DNA from: an uncultured delta proteobacterium
GTDB lineage: Bacteria > Desulfobacterota > Binatia > Binatales > Binataceae
Reading direction: 5' to 3'
NCBI GenBank assembly: GCA_963815835.1
Contig: CAWFIF010000001.1
Span: forward strand, 772,807-836,806
Length of the DNA: 64,000 nt
Shown here: positions 50,242 through 60,696 of the stretch, one piece after another
Position numbering within the stretch: position 1 is the stretch's first letter
Layout: each line of letters opens with the position of its first letter
Notes under the pieces: model-generated
Databases searched by the model: none
Seen by the model: the letters and a program-made list of their open reading frames with translations, nothing else
What the model was told of the DNA's origin: nothing
Position numbers and translations under genes: made by a program

Positions 50242-51606
50242 ATGGCCACCGCGAGCGAAATCAGTAACGGGAACCTCCAGGAAACTCCATCGTCCAGCGC
50301 ACAGCCGCATGTCGTGATCGTGGGCGCCGGCTTCGGTGGCCTCAATGCGGCGTGGTCGCTGCGGCACGCGAAAGTCCAGGTCACGATTATCGATCGCCGC
50401 AACCATCATTTGTTTCAACCGCTGCTCTACCAGGTTGCGACCGCCGGTCTCTCGCCCGCAAATATCGCCTATCCGATTCGCTCGATCGTCAGGCGCAATC
50501 TCAACACCAGGGTCTTGCTTGATGAAGTGCATGCCGTCAACCTGAATCGGCGCCACGTCACCACGACTCAGGGCGACATAAAGTATGATTTCCTGATCCT
50601 CGCGGCGGGCGCCGATAATTCGTATTTCGGCCACGACGAATGGGCGCGGTACGCTCCCGGGCTGAAGAGTCTTGATGACGCGATCGAGATCCGCCGCCGA
50701 ATACTGCTTTCGTTCGAACTGGCCGAGCGCGAGCGCGACGATGCCGCGCGCCGGATGTTGCTCACGTTCGTCGTGGTCGGCGGCGGGCCGACCGGCGTCG
50801 AGCTCGCCGGCGCAATCGCGGAAATATCGCGGCAAGTCATCGTCAGCGATTTTCGCCGCATCGATCCGCGGGAAGCGAGAATCGTGCTGATAGAAGCGGG
50901 TCCGAGAATTCTTCCCACCTTCGATGAAGCGCTCGCTGCGAAGGCCGCAACCGCACTCAAGGCTCGAGGCGTCGAGGTTCTCACAGGCACTCCGGCGAAA
51001 GCAATCACGCTTAACCTGATCCACCTCGACAAGTCCGAAATCAATGCGCGCACGATTATCTGGGCGGCCGGCGTCGCGGCCTCACCGCTGGCGAGGACGA
51101 TGGGCGTGGAACTCGATCGCGCGGGCCGGGTGAAGGTTCGAGGCGATCTCACGATCGAGGGGCATCCCGAGGCGTTCGTGATCGGAGATCTCGCGGCGTG
51201 CATCGACGCGGCGGGCCATACGATGCCGGGACTCGCGCCGGTTGCGATCCAGCAGGGGCGCTGCGCCGCCGGCAACATCGTCAGGGCGCTCGCCGGCAGA
51301 CCCTACCGCCAGTTCCAATATGTGGACAAAGGGGCGCTGGCGACGGTCGGGCGCGCTTTCGCGATCTTGCAGAGGGGAAAACTCAAACTGAGCGGACTAT
51401 TCGCGTGGGTGATTTGGTCGCTGGTCCATATCGTTTATCTGATCGGATTTCGCAACCGGGTGATCGTGATGTTCGATTGGGCGTGGGCGTACCTCACGTA
51501 TCAACGGGGCGGGCGATTGATCACCGGCGACATCGAACAACTGATGGCGCCGTCGGCGGAGCGTCGCGAGCCCGACGCTGAAATCTCTCGTCCAGCAAGC
51601 CGCTAG
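50242..51606 (+). CDS. ndh: type II NADH dehydrogenase (NDH-2)
   Basis: Two FAD/NAD Rossmann motifs (VVIVGAGFGG; VVVGGGPTGVELAG) and a C-terminal membrane-anchoring helix. Confidence 0.85.
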   Translation: MATASEISNGNLQETPSSSAQPHVVIVGAGFGGLNAAWSLRHAKVQVTIIDRRNHHLFQPLLYQVATAGLSPANIAYPIRSIVRRNLNTRVLLDEVHAVNLNRRHVTTTQGDIKYDFLILAAGADNSYFGHDEWARYAPGLKSLDDAIEIRRRILLSFELAERERDDAARRMLLTFVVVGGGPTGVELAGAIAEISRQVIVSDFRRIDPREARIVLIEAGPRILPTFDEALAAKAATALKARGVEVLTGTPAKAITLNLIHLDKSEINARTIIWAAGVAASPLARTMGVELDRAGRVKVRGDLTIEGHPEAFVIGDLAACIDAAGHTMPGLAPVAIQQGRCAAGNIVRALAGRPYRQFQYVDKGALATVGRAFAILQRGKLKLSGLFAWVIWSLVHIVYLIGFRNRVIVMFDWAWAYLTYQRGGRLITGDIEQLMAPSAERREPDAEISRPASR

Positions 51607-51615
51607 TGACCGAGA

Positions 51616-52146
51616 ATGCGGATGCGAAACCTCGAAGCGAAATTCAAACTCGACGATCTTGAGCGCGCCAGAAAGCAGGCTGAGGCGATCACGTATCAAT
51701 TCAAGGCGATGCTCGTTCAACGCGATACGTTCTTCCGCGTGACGGAAGGCAAGCTGAAACTTCGCGAAGAGGAATCCGGCGCCTGGATGATTTTTTACGG
51801 CCGCGAAGATAGCCGGGATCTCAAACTCAGCAGTTACGAAATCGTGTCGGTCGCTGAACCGGCGAAGACGCGCGAGATGTTGACGCAGGCGCTCGGGGCA
51901 ATTGCTACGGTGAAGAAGACTCGCATCCTGATGATGCGCGACCACGTTCGGCTGCACCTCGATCGCGTCGACGGCCTCGGCGAATTCGGCGAGATCGAAG
52001 CGGTGCTCGGTGAGCATGGCGATCCCGAACGTAGCCGCCCGGCGGTGGACGAACTTCTTCGCGTCCTCAACATCAACCGGGACAACCTGATCGCGGAATC
52101 CTACTTCGAGATGCTGTGGCCGTCAGAGCGCGGCGGTAAAGATTGA
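51616..52146 (+). CDS. CYTH-domain protein (class IV adenylate cyclase / CyaB-like)
   Basis: N-terminal E-x-E-x-K motif (NLEAKFKL) and overall CYTH fold pattern. 176 aa. Confidence 0.6.
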   Translation: MRMRNLEAKFKLDDLERARKQAEAITYQFKAMLVQRDTFFRVTEGKLKLREEESGAWMIFYGREDSRDLKLSSYEIVSVAEPAKTREMLTQALGAIATVKKTRILMMRDHVRLHLDRVDGLGEFGEIEAVLGEHGDPERSRPAVDELLRVLNINRDNLIAESYFEMLWPSERGGKD

Positions 52147-53166
52147 TTCGCAACCGGTTCCAGACAGCACTTCATCGACCAAACGACCATCGCTATCGCT
52201 TAACGCGGCGCGGCCTTCGCGCAGCCACTTCAGACATTTTCCCTGGTATGGGAAGGGCTGCTGAATCCATTGATGCCCATCAATCTCGGTGCCGACTTCG
52301 GCGGCTTTCGAATTGAGCGCGCGGGCATTGGCGATCAGAAACGGCGCGTAGACGCGACCGATCTCGTGCAGCAACGCGTTCAAACTTTCGCCGACCCGCT
52401 CGCGCGACATCCATCCGTCGTCATCGACCTCTATCGCTGCGAGGTCCTCCATTCTATTCACCCACGAATAGACTCGCGGCGCGTGTTCCGCTGCGATCGC
52501 GCTCGGCGTCGGGTCGAAATGAGTCAGTTGGCTAAGTTGCCCGAACAATCCGAAATCGCCCACGCCGGGACGGTCCCCCATCAGGAACAGCGAGCCGCCC
52601 GCGACATGCCGATCGAGAATCGAGAGCAACCGCCGATAGCTGTCCTCGATGACCGGGCGCGTGGTCGAATTGGAACCCACCACGGTGAGCCGGGCGATCT
52701 GACGATCGGCAATCATCCTGGCGGCGCGCTCCAGCCGCTCGCCGTTGAGATGAGGCATGCGATCGAGGATGAGCACGTACGATGCCTTTCGGATGTCGGC
52801 TTCGTAGTTCCATCGGTAATGGAACATCGGCTTGGTGAGCCATTCGTCGCCGTAGTCCTCGATCAGCGCATGGAGAAACGCGAGCGCTGGGTCAGGCGGA
52901 ATCAGCGAGCGTTCCTTGAACGCGGCTTCGAGGCGAATGATCTCGAAAGTCGAATCGATCATCGCCTCGTCCGGCGCGCCGCTTTCGCCGGGGAACACCA
53001 GCACCGGAATCAGCGCGACCGGCACGGGCGGTATGCCGACATCTTCAGCGGAGCCGCGCATGATCCATCGAAACGGGATGCGCCGATAGCGCAGCACCGC
53101 GCGCATCTTGCGTGAGTAGGGCGAACCGTAGCCACCAACCAATGTGAGAGGCTTCATCGCGAGCAC
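52123..53166 (-). CDS. glutathione S-transferase family protein
   Basis: N-terminal thioredoxin-like GST domain (LVGGYGSPYSRKMRAVLRYRRIPF) and C-terminal helical domain. 347 aa. Confidence 0.6.
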   Translation of the reverse strand: MLAMKPLTLVGGYGSPYSRKMRAVLRYRRIPFRWIMRGSAEDVGIPPVPVALIPVLVFPGESGAPDEAMIDSTFEIIRLEAAFKERSLIPPDPALAFLHALIEDYGDEWLTKPMFHYRWNYEADIRKASYVLILDRMPHLNGERLERAARMIADRQIARLTVVGSNSTTRPVIEDSYRRLLSILDRHVAGGSLFLMGDRPGVGDFGLFGQLSQLTHFDPTPSAIAAEHAPRVYSWVNRMEDLAAIEVDDDGWMSRERVGESLNALLHEIGRVYAPFLIANARALNSKAAEVGTEIDGHQWIQQPFPYQGKCLKWLREGRAALSDSDGRLVDEVLSGTGCESIFTAAL

Positions 53167-53185
53167 CGGGTTCGACGAGATGCGA

Positions 53186-54769
53186 TCATGCGGGAGCCTC
53201 GACGGGAAGCTGAGGATCGCGCGGCGGCGGCAGATTGTCGTACAAGTCCGCGATCAAGTCGGATTTCAGTTTTGCGAAGCCCGCGTCATTCCACAGATTG
53301 CGCCACTGCATCGGATCCTCGCGCAGGTTGTACAGTTCGCCCTCGGTGCCGTCGTAATTGATATCCGGCATCGGAACATTCGGACCGCCGAGGCCTCCAC
53401 GTATAATTCCTGCGAGATCGAAGCCGATGTCGCGCGTACTTCTTTCATACACGGTGCATACATAGCCGTCGCGATAAATCGATTTCATATGCATACCGAT
53501 TTGCGCGAACTGACTATCCCATTCAGTAATCACTCGCTCGCGCCCCGAATTCGGCGCGGTCGGCAGCGGCTTCCCCTCTATCCACGATGGAACGGGCACG
53601 CCGGCGATCTGGCAAAACGTCGGCGCGAGGTCGAGTTGGCCGACGGGCTCCGAAATCTGTGCCGCGTTAACGTTGGCACTCGGCGCCGGACGCCAGATCA
53701 TCGGAATGCGCATCAACGCGTCAACATGATACGGCCCTTTGTAAACCAGCCCGAAGTCGCCCTGCAGCTCGCCGTGATCGGTCGTAAAAAATACGTCGGT
53801 GCGCTCGTCCCACTTTCGTTCCGTGATTCTCCGAAGCACACGGCCACAGGCCTGATCGATGAGTTCGTTTTCGACGTGGACCATCGCGTTGATTTCTCGC
53901 ACCTGGTCATGCGTCATCTGTGCGGGGATGAACCGGACCGGACCGCCCTCGGGATTGCGAAAGCGGCCCTCGTACCACTCGAGCCAATGACGCGGCTTCT
54001 GGCGCAAAATCGCCTCGATTTTCTCGCGCGATCCCGGATGTCCCGGCGGCAAATCCAGATCGCGCCAGTTGATCCTGCGCGCCTCAGCCTCGGGAGGATC
54101 CCAGGGGTGATGCGGGTCGGGAAAGCTCATCCACACAAACCAGTTTTCGTTCGGATCGAGCGAATCCAGAAATGCAATCGTGCGATCGGCCACCCAATCA
54201 GTGTGATAGTGCTCACGAGGTATCGGATTATATTTCACTTCGGGAGCGTTAGTATCGCCGCCACCGGTCCCACTGAGTAATGGCGCAAATCCACCAACCT
54301 CATTCGGATAGTTATTCTGCAACCATACTGAGTAATGCCATCCGCCCATCGGCACGTGCATGGCGAGCTCCATCCGCTCGAAGCCGCGCCATGGTCCGGT
54401 GTTGCCCTGACGGCCCATCGAGTTCTCGCGCCACTTTCCCGCGAGATCGAATGCCGGCTCGAAGTGCGCCTTGCCCAAAAGCGCGGTGCGATATCCCGCC
54501 TTCTCGTGCAGGTACGCCGCGACGCTCGGCGCATCGGGTGGCAGCGCGACGCCGTTGGCGAACACACCGTGCGTGCGCACGTACTGCCCGGTGATCATCG
54601 TGGAGCGCGCGGGCATGCACACCACATTCTGATTGTGCGCGCGACGATAGTTGATTCCGTTCGCCGCGAGATCGTCGACCACGGGAGTCTTCGCGATCGT
54701 GCCGCCGTTGCATCCGAGCGAATCGTAACGCTGCTGATCGGTAGTGATGAAAAGAATATTGCGGCCCAT
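53186..54769 (-). CDS. sulfatase (formylglycine-dependent arylsulfatase family)
   Basis: ILFITTDQQRYDSLG and the C-x-P-x-R formylglycine motif (VCMPARSTMITGQY). 527 aa. Confidence 0.85.
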   Translation of the reverse strand: MGRNILFITTDQQRYDSLGCNGGTIAKTPVVDDLAANGINYRRAHNQNVVCMPARSTMITGQYVRTHGVFANGVALPPDAPSVAAYLHEKAGYRTALLGKAHFEPAFDLAGKWRENSMGRQGNTGPWRGFERMELAMHVPMGGWHYSVWLQNNYPNEVGGFAPLLSGTGGGDTNAPEVKYNPIPREHYHTDWVADRTIAFLDSLDPNENWFVWMSFPDPHHPWDPPEAEARRINWRDLDLPPGHPGSREKIEAILRQKPRHWLEWYEGRFRNPEGGPVRFIPAQMTHDQVREINAMVHVENELIDQACGRVLRRITERKWDERTDVFFTTDHGELQGDFGLVYKGPYHVDALMRIPMIWRPAPSANVNAAQISEPVGQLDLAPTFCQIAGVPVPSWIEGKPLPTAPNSGRERVITEWDSQFAQIGMHMKSIYRDGYVCTVYERSTRDIGFDLAGIIRGGLGGPNVPMPDINYDGTEGELYNLREDPMQWRNLWNDAGFAKLKSDLIADLYDNLPPPRDPQLPVEAPA

Positions 54770-54781
54770 GGCACTGCCCTC

Positions 54782-55153
54782 CTACGGAGTCGGCATCGGA
54801 TTGATCGCGTACAGCTCGGTTCGTTCGAGGCCTTCGTCGCGAAAATGATGGATCGCCTGGTACTCAGCGCTCATGCCCATTTCGAGAAAAGCCTTGCGCG
54901 AGGGGTACTCGACGATCGCGATTGCGTCCCAGTCGCCATTGTTGCCGATCACCGATTGCGCGACCTGGCCCGCGAAAAGAACACGGCCGCCGATCTTGTC
55001 GAGGATCTTCGCAACATGGCGTCCATACTCATTGTAGGATGCCGCGCCGGCGCCGGGCTTGAACTTGAGCAGATTCAGCATCACCACTTTGCCGGTCTCC
55101 GGAGCCTGCGCCAGTTTCTGCATCGCCTCAGCCGTCGGCATTATCGAACTCAT
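54782..55153 (-). CDS. DUF1330 domain protein
   Basis: 123 aa, typical DUF1330 pattern (VVMLNLLKFK..FLAGQ..DWDAIAIVEYPSRKAF). Confidence 0.55.
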   Translation of the reverse strand: MSSIMPTAEAMQKLAQAPETGKVVMLNLLKFKPGAGAASYNEYGRHVAKILDKIGGRVLFAGQVAQSVIGNNGDWDAIAIVEYPSRKAFLEMGMSAEYQAIHHFRDEGLERTELYAINPMPTP

Positions 55154-55231
55154 CAGAGTGCCTCCTCAACGAAAAATCAATTAGTGAGTCGCGCGATGTG
55201 GGTAGTACCGAAATGGTCCGCGCGACCGAGG

Positions 55232-55885
55232 TTAGGGCTCCGGGCGCGGAATCTCCATGATGTCGAGCAGGCTTTCAGTGATGCGCAGTGTGAGGCCCCA
55301 AATCGTCTGACCAGAATAGAAGATGGCCGGAAAATTCGACGACGGACGATCCTTGTCGCGGCGCCATTCGTAAAGCCCCCGATAGCGCGCGTCGGCGAGC
55401 ACGTGCAGCGGCACTTCGAAAACCTCCGCGACTTCGACCTGCTGGATCCGATAGTCAACCGGGCGCTTGAGCAAGCCGACGAACGGCGCCACTCGCATCC
55501 CGCTCGAAACTGTACTCATGGTAGGAAAACCGCCCAGCACGTCGACCAGGTGCGGCTCGATGCCGACCTCTTCATGGGCTTCGCGCAAAGCGGTGTCGAG
55601 CAGCGTGGCATCGGTGGGATCGACGCGCCCGCCGGGAAACGCGACTTGGCCGCGATGACTCTCGACCGAGTCGGAGCGGCGGATGAACACCAGATGCAAA
55701 TCACCTTCGCGCTGTACAATCGGGACCAGCACCGCGGCCGCGCGCGTCGCGGCATGGTGACCAGGCCGATCATCGGGATCGGTCTTGTGCAACGCGCGCC
55801 GCAGCTTTTCGATCTGCTCGTGTTTCGCGAGAATGAGAGATTCACTCGCCGTCGCGCCGGCGGCGTTGCGATGCGATTTGGACAT
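55232..55885 (-). CDS. NUDIX hydrolase, CoA pyrophosphatase-like
   Basis: Nudix box (GGRVDPTDATLLDTALREAHEEVG). Start at MSKSHRN is chosen because the longer ORF would abut the divergent thiI start. Confidence 0.65.
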   Translation of the reverse strand: MSKSHRNAAGATASESLILAKHEQIEKLRRALHKTDPDDRPGHHAATRAAAVLVPIVQREGDLHLVFIRRSDSVESHRGQVAFPGGRVDPTDATLLDTALREAHEEVGIEPHLVDVLGGFPTMSTVSSGMRVAPFVGLLKRPVDYRIQQVEVAEVFEVPLHVLADARYRGLYEWRRDKDRPSSNFPAIFYSGQTIWGLTLRITESLLDIMEIPRPEP

Positions 55886-55944
55886 GCTGGCTCCGTTGCG
55901 CGGATAGCATATCATGAACCGCTGCCTCGTTATCAAAATCGAAG

Positions 55945-57117
55945 ATGCGTTACCTGATCGGTAGATATCATGAAGTTGCGCTCAAGGGCGGCAATCGCTG
56001 GCGCTTCGTCGATCAGATCAAAAACAATCTACGCGTGATTTTCGGAGACTACGAACTCGGGCGCGCGCGCTCGCTCGGCTCGCGCCTGCTGATCGAACTG
56101 CCCGACGCGATTCCCGACGACACCGTCCGAGAACGCGCCGCGCTGATTTTCGGATTGCAGAATTTCTCGATCAGCTATCCAGCCCCGCTCGATATCGAAG
56201 CGATCACGCGCGAGGCCATCGCGCGCGCCCGCGGCCTCACGCCGAAAACCTTCCGCGTCAGCACCAGGCGCGACTACAAACGCTTCGCGCTCAACTCGAT
56301 GGAGATCGATCGGGAAGTCGGTGGCGCGGTCGCCGATGAGTTCGGGTTCAAAGTCGACCTCGAGAATCCCGAGCTGACAATTTCCATCGAGATCCTTCCC
56401 GATGGCGCTTACGTTTCGGCGGGCAAAATTCCCGGCGCGGGCGGTCTGCCGGTCGGAATAACAGGGCGCGGTTTGACGCTGCTGTCGGGCGGCATCGATT
56501 CTCCGGTCGCGGCGCATCGCATGATGAAACGCGGGCTGCACGTCAACTTCGTGCATTTCCATGGGCATCCGCTGGTGACGACCGCGAGCCGCGACAAGGC
56601 GCTCGAGTTGGCGACTCATCTGACGCGCTTCGAGGGCCGTGCGACGCTGATGCTGGTGCCGTTTGGAATTCTGCAGCGCGAGATCGTCGCGAAAAGTCTT
56701 CGTCCTCTCCGCGTCGTGATGTACCGCCGCTTCATGATGCGGATCGCGGCGGAGCTGGCGCGCAAGATTGGCGCGACGGTTCTTGTCAGCGGCGAAAGCC
56801 TCGGGCAGGTGGCGTCGCAAACGCTCGAAAACATGATGGTGATTCAAACCGCGACGGCCATGCCGATCCTGCGGCCGCTGATCGGGATGGACAAGAACGA
56901 GATCATCGTCGAGGCGCGCAAGCTTGGGACCTTCGAGACCTCCATACTTCCAGACGAGGATTGCTGCACGCTGTTCACGCCGCCTCATCCTGAAACACAC
57001 GCCAGGCCGAAAGAGGTCGAGGAATCGGAATCGCGCCTGGAGGTCGATCGGATGGTGAATGACGCGCTCGCCCAGACCGAAGTGGTGCGGCTGAGCTTTC
57101 CGAAGCAAATCGCCTAG
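55945..57117 (+). CDS. thiI: tRNA 4-thiouridine(8) synthase
   Basis: THUMP domain then PP-loop (LLSGGIDSPVAA). Confidence 0.85.
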   Translation: MRYLIGRYHEVALKGGNRWRFVDQIKNNLRVIFGDYELGRARSLGSRLLIELPDAIPDDTVRERAALIFGLQNFSISYPAPLDIEAITREAIARARGLTPKTFRVSTRRDYKRFALNSMEIDREVGGAVADEFGFKVDLENPELTISIEILPDGAYVSAGKIPGAGGLPVGITGRGLTLLSGGIDSPVAAHRMMKRGLHVNFVHFHGHPLVTTASRDKALELATHLTRFEGRATLMLVPFGILQREIVAKSLRPLRVVMYRRFMMRIAAELARKIGATVLVSGESLGQVASQTLENMMVIQTATAMPILRPLIGMDKNEIIVEARKLGTFETSILPDEDCCTLFTPPHPETHARPKEVEESESRLEVDRMVNDALAQTEVVRLSFPKQIA

Positions 57118-57674
57118 AGGCCGATTTCGATAAGCGCGAGCCCCATCGCGATCGTCAGGATCGTGACGGGAATTCCCACCTTCAGATATTCTGAAAATGT
57201 GATGCTGATGCCATGCCTGCGCGCGTGCTCGATGACGATCAGATTCGCGATGGAGCCCACCACAGTGAGATTTCCGGCGAGCGTACTTACCGCCGATATG
57301 ATCAGCGCGATTTGCTCCGTGCCGCAGAGTGCCGGAAAAATGGGCCGAAACAGCAGCACTGCGGGAAAGTTGCTCACCAGATTGGAAAGAATCGTGACGA
57401 CGACGCTGAGCGTGACGGGGTTAGCAAGCCTCCCCACGCCGATCCATTTGATCGCATCGTGATCGACGCCAGTTGCTTCGAGCCCGCCCACCACGACGAA
57501 CAATCCCGCGAACATCAGGAGCATCGTCCAATCGACCATCCTGAACACCCGTTCCGGTTTGAGGCGTCGCGTGAAGAGCAAGACTGCGCCCGCGCCGAGC
57601 GCCACTAGATGAGTGGGATATCCGAGCGCGAAGCAGAGCAGCGCGGCAATCGCGACCAGCGACGACTTGACCAT
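57114..57674 (-). pseudogene. ArsB/NhaD-superfamily anion permease, C-terminal half only
   Basis: 186-aa ORF matching only the C-terminal repeat of ArsB/NhaD/CitMHS transporters (..SNFPAVLLF..LIVIEHARRHGISITF..). Full-length members are 400+ aa. No upstream continuation in frame. Confidence 0.45.
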
Positions 57675-57840
57675 CAGCGCGGGTATCGTATGTCGGTTGC
57701 TCGAGCGGTCGAGATTGTCAGCGCGGCGGCGGTGTGGGTCATCAGGTTGGAGGAAGAAGCGACCTCATCAAATGATCCCGGTTGAGCATCGCGCAATCAA
57801 GTCGTATGTCTTTGTCACCACTGCCGCGGAGGAATCGCAC

Positions 57841-58233
57841 ATGGAATCGCCGCTCAAGATTGCCGAAATCGATCACGTGGTTTTCAGATGCCGCGACCAA
57901 AAGAAGATGCTGGACTTCTACACGAGGCTGCTGGGCCTCGCCGAAGAGCGCCGCATCGAGCAGATCGGGCTGATTCAGCTCCGCGCCGGTCGCAGCATGA
58001 TCGATCTGGTGCCCTCCGAGGGCGCTCCCGATGAGAAATCCAGAAACGTCGATCACGTATGCCTCGGTATCGAGGCCACCGATATGTCGGCTATAGCGCG
58101 ACATCTCAAGGAATGCTCCGTCGAGGTGATGGGCGAACCCGCGACTCGATACGGCGCGCGCGGAATGGGACTTTCGATTTATGTTCGCGATCCAGAGGGC
58201 AACGTCATCGAGCTAAAGCAAATGCCCAAGTGA
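57841..58233 (+). CDS. VOC family protein (glyoxalase-like)
   Basis: 130 aa. IDHVVFRCRD..YTRLLG..DPEGNVIEL pattern. Confidence 0.65.
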   Translation: MESPLKIAEIDHVVFRCRDQKKMLDFYTRLLGLAEERRIEQIGLIQLRAGRSMIDLVPSEGAPDEKSRNVDHVCLGIEATDMSAIARHLKECSVEVMGEPATRYGARGMGLSIYVRDPEGNVIELKQMPK

Positions 58234-58336
58234 GTGTGCACGAAGTCGGAGCAGCTGCTCCGGGCCCAAAACCGGTGGCGCCTTTTTTGTCAAGTAGTGC
58301 TTGTTTTTGCTTGCTACCACACTAGAATCTCTCCCG

Positions 58337-59575
58337 ATGACAAAATCCAACTTTCGAATTCTGCGGCCATTCCTCACGGTGGCCGCGCTGATAGTGTCCG
58401 TCATGTTGTCGGGATGTTCGGGCGGAGGGCCTGGAAAGGCCGCGCAAAACTATGTTGACAACCTGAAGTTCTTCAACTATCCGGCCTGCTACCAGGCCCT
58501 GTCGCATCAGGATCAGATCGATCGGACGATCGATCAGTTTCTGACCGACATACCGCTTGCTCCGGATGTCAACCGTGACTGGTTCAAGAGCGTCCTCGGC
58601 GCGCAGGAATTCACCCTCGGCGACGTCAAGCAGGAGGGCGACAGCAAGGGAGTAGTGACGGTCAAGGTGACTCGTCCAGATCTCGCTTTGTGGGAACGCA
58701 CCATCGACGCGACCACTGATCCGAATGCGGGCCCGGATCAGGCCGCGCAGAAGACTCTCACTGAGAAGAGCTATCCGAAGGTTACCTACGACGACGACAT
58801 CGTCGCCGTAAAGGAAGGCAGCGATTGGAAAGTCCTCTACAATTATCCTCAAAAGGAAGCTGTCGAGAAGAAACACAAAGAAGGAATCGACGCCTACCAC
58901 AAGCACGACTATGACAAGGCGATCGCCGCCTACCAGGCCGCGATCCAGGAGTTGGATAAGGAAGAGGCAACCGGCAACGCCGGCATAAAATTCCGCCTTC
59001 AGAGGGAACTCGACGATATCAACAACATCAAGGCGCAGATTCCCGAGGGTCAGGCCTACGTCCCGAAGCTCGCCCTCAGCGACGTCGATATGAAGATGGC
59101 GGCTTCGCGAGTGCCGGGAATCTTCGGCAAGATCACCAACAATGGCGACAAGGCGATCGATGAAATCGTCGTCACGGTCACCTATTCCGAGGGCAAGGGC
59201 AAGAAGAAAAAGCAGGTCTTTTCGGAAGAGCACTCGATCATCGTGACGCCCATCGAGTTCATCAACTTCTCGCGTCCGGTTCTGCCCTTCGTGCCCGGCG
59301 AGACGCGCAGCTTCGGCTTCAAGCTGACCGCGCCGGCCGATGTCCAGAACAAGGCGACCCCCGATCTCGAAGTCAGCGGCGTCGTCTTCACCCAGTCCAA
59401 GGCGCCATTGCCGAAGCCGCAAGCGCCGCCGTCGCCGACTCCCGCGGCCTCTCCTGGAGCGCCTGCGGCTGCGGGTGCGCCGCCCGCTGGAGGGCCTGCC
59501 GCTGCGGCGCCTCCGCCGCCACCACCACCTCCGCCGCCACCGCCTCCTCCACCGCCTCCTCCTCCGGCACATTGA
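58337..59575 (+). CDS. lipoprotein with extreme C-terminal poly-proline tail
   Basis: Signal peptide plus lipobox (VMLSGCSG). TPR-like internal segment. The last 45 residues are Ala/Pro-rich, ending in 26 consecutive Pro. Confidence 0.6.
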   Translation: MTKSNFRILRPFLTVAALIVSVMLSGCSGGGPGKAAQNYVDNLKFFNYPACYQALSHQDQIDRTIDQFLTDIPLAPDVNRDWFKSVLGAQEFTLGDVKQEGDSKGVVTVKVTRPDLALWERTIDATTDPNAGPDQAAQKTLTEKSYPKVTYDDDIVAVKEGSDWKVLYNYPQKEAVEKKHKEGIDAYHKHDYDKAIAAYQAAIQELDKEEATGNAGIKFRLQRELDDINNIKAQIPEGQAYVPKLALSDVDMKMAASRVPGIFGKITNNGDKAIDEIVVTVTYSEGKGKKKKQVFSEEHSIIVTPIEFINFSRPVLPFVPGETRSFGFKLTAPADVQNKATPDLEVSGVVFTQSKAPLPKPQAPPSPTPAASPGAPAAAGAPPAGGPAAAAPPPPPPPPPPPPPPPPPPPAH

Positions 59576-59677
59576 TCGAAGCGGCGCCAACCAGTGCATA
59601 ATGGAATCGCGAAGGTTGACCGCCTTCGCGATTCTGTTTTTTACGATTGCAGTTGAGGGGAGGCGCTACTCCGCGGC

Positions 59678-60590
59678 TTGACCAAGTCAGTCACCATCGC
59701 GATCCCGACCCATAATCGCGCGCGCACGTTGAGTGAGACGCTCGACAGCCTCAAGGTGATCGCGATTCCCGAGGATACCGCGGTCGAATGCGTCGTCATC
59801 GATAACGCCTCGACCGACGATACTCCTCGCGTCGTCGAGGCAGCCGCGAATTCATCGCCGCCGTTTCCGATTCGCAGGGTCCTCGAGCCGCGGCAGGGCT
59901 CGAGCTTCGCACGTAATCGCGCGGTTGATGAGGCTCGCGGCGATTTCATTTTCTTCCTCGATGATGACGCGACCGCCGATCGCGAGTGGCTGCGCGCGAT
60001 GCTGTCAGCCCTGGAGACCCGGGGCCTCGACGCCGCATGCGGGATGGTGTTGCCGCGCTGGAGTACGCCTCCGCCGCCATGGCTGGGTCCGCGGCTATGG
60101 GTGAAGCTCGCCGTGCATGATCGCGCGGCGCTCGAGTCGGCGTCCGCGAACGAGGTCGAGGCGCTGCAAAACTATTTCAGCGCCAACGTGGGATTTCGGC
60201 GCTCAGCGTTCGAACGCTTCGGGCGTTTTCGCGAGGACCTCGGCGTCGTCGGCAAAAATCCGATGTCGGGAGAAGACACCGAACTGTTCGCGCGCATCAT
60301 TGGTAACGGCGGCAAAATGGGATTCGTTCCAGGCGCCATCGTGCATCATCTGATTGGCACCGGAGCGGATGACCCCTGAATATTTGCGGCGCAAGAGTTT
60401 CGCGTATGGATTCGGGAGTGCGATTGCCAGCGGCAGGAGTCACAACCGGCTCGACAAGCTGGCGAAAAATCTGATCCGAATGTTCGGCGCCGCGCTGCGA
60501 GGCGATCGCGAGGGCGTGTTGTACCATCAACTCGAATGCGCGAATTTTTTTGGCTACTGGCGCGGCCGCCTCGCGCATCGAAGAAGCTGA
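59678..60590 (+). CDS. family 2 glycosyltransferase; single-nucleotide frameshift near 60350-60360
   Basis: N-terminal GT2 motifs (VTIAIPTHNRA; VIDNASTDDT; FLDDDA). The C-terminus continues in another frame (..VHHLI / PERMTPEYLRRKSFAYGFG). Confidence 0.7.
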
Positions 60591-60696
60591 GGTGTCATCG
60601 ATCGCTGCGGTCAAAACCGACATGCTTGAATCATTCTAGCCACTCCGCTTTGATTTCCCAGAGATTCGATTCATTTCCGTAAGGGGGCGCCGCCTC

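Noticed and set aside
56029-57108. 359-aa minus-strand ORF
   Set aside because: It is antisense to thiI.
59494-59570. CCN tandem repeat considered as a CRISPR or tandem-repeat locus
   Set aside because: It is in frame within a CDS and encodes a poly-Pro tail. There is no spacer-repeat architecture. No CRISPR arrays were seen anywhere in the window.
58322-59599. 425-aa minus-strand ORF
   Set aside because: It is antisense to the lipoprotein gene. It is Arg-rich and runs through the mirror-image poly-Pro region.
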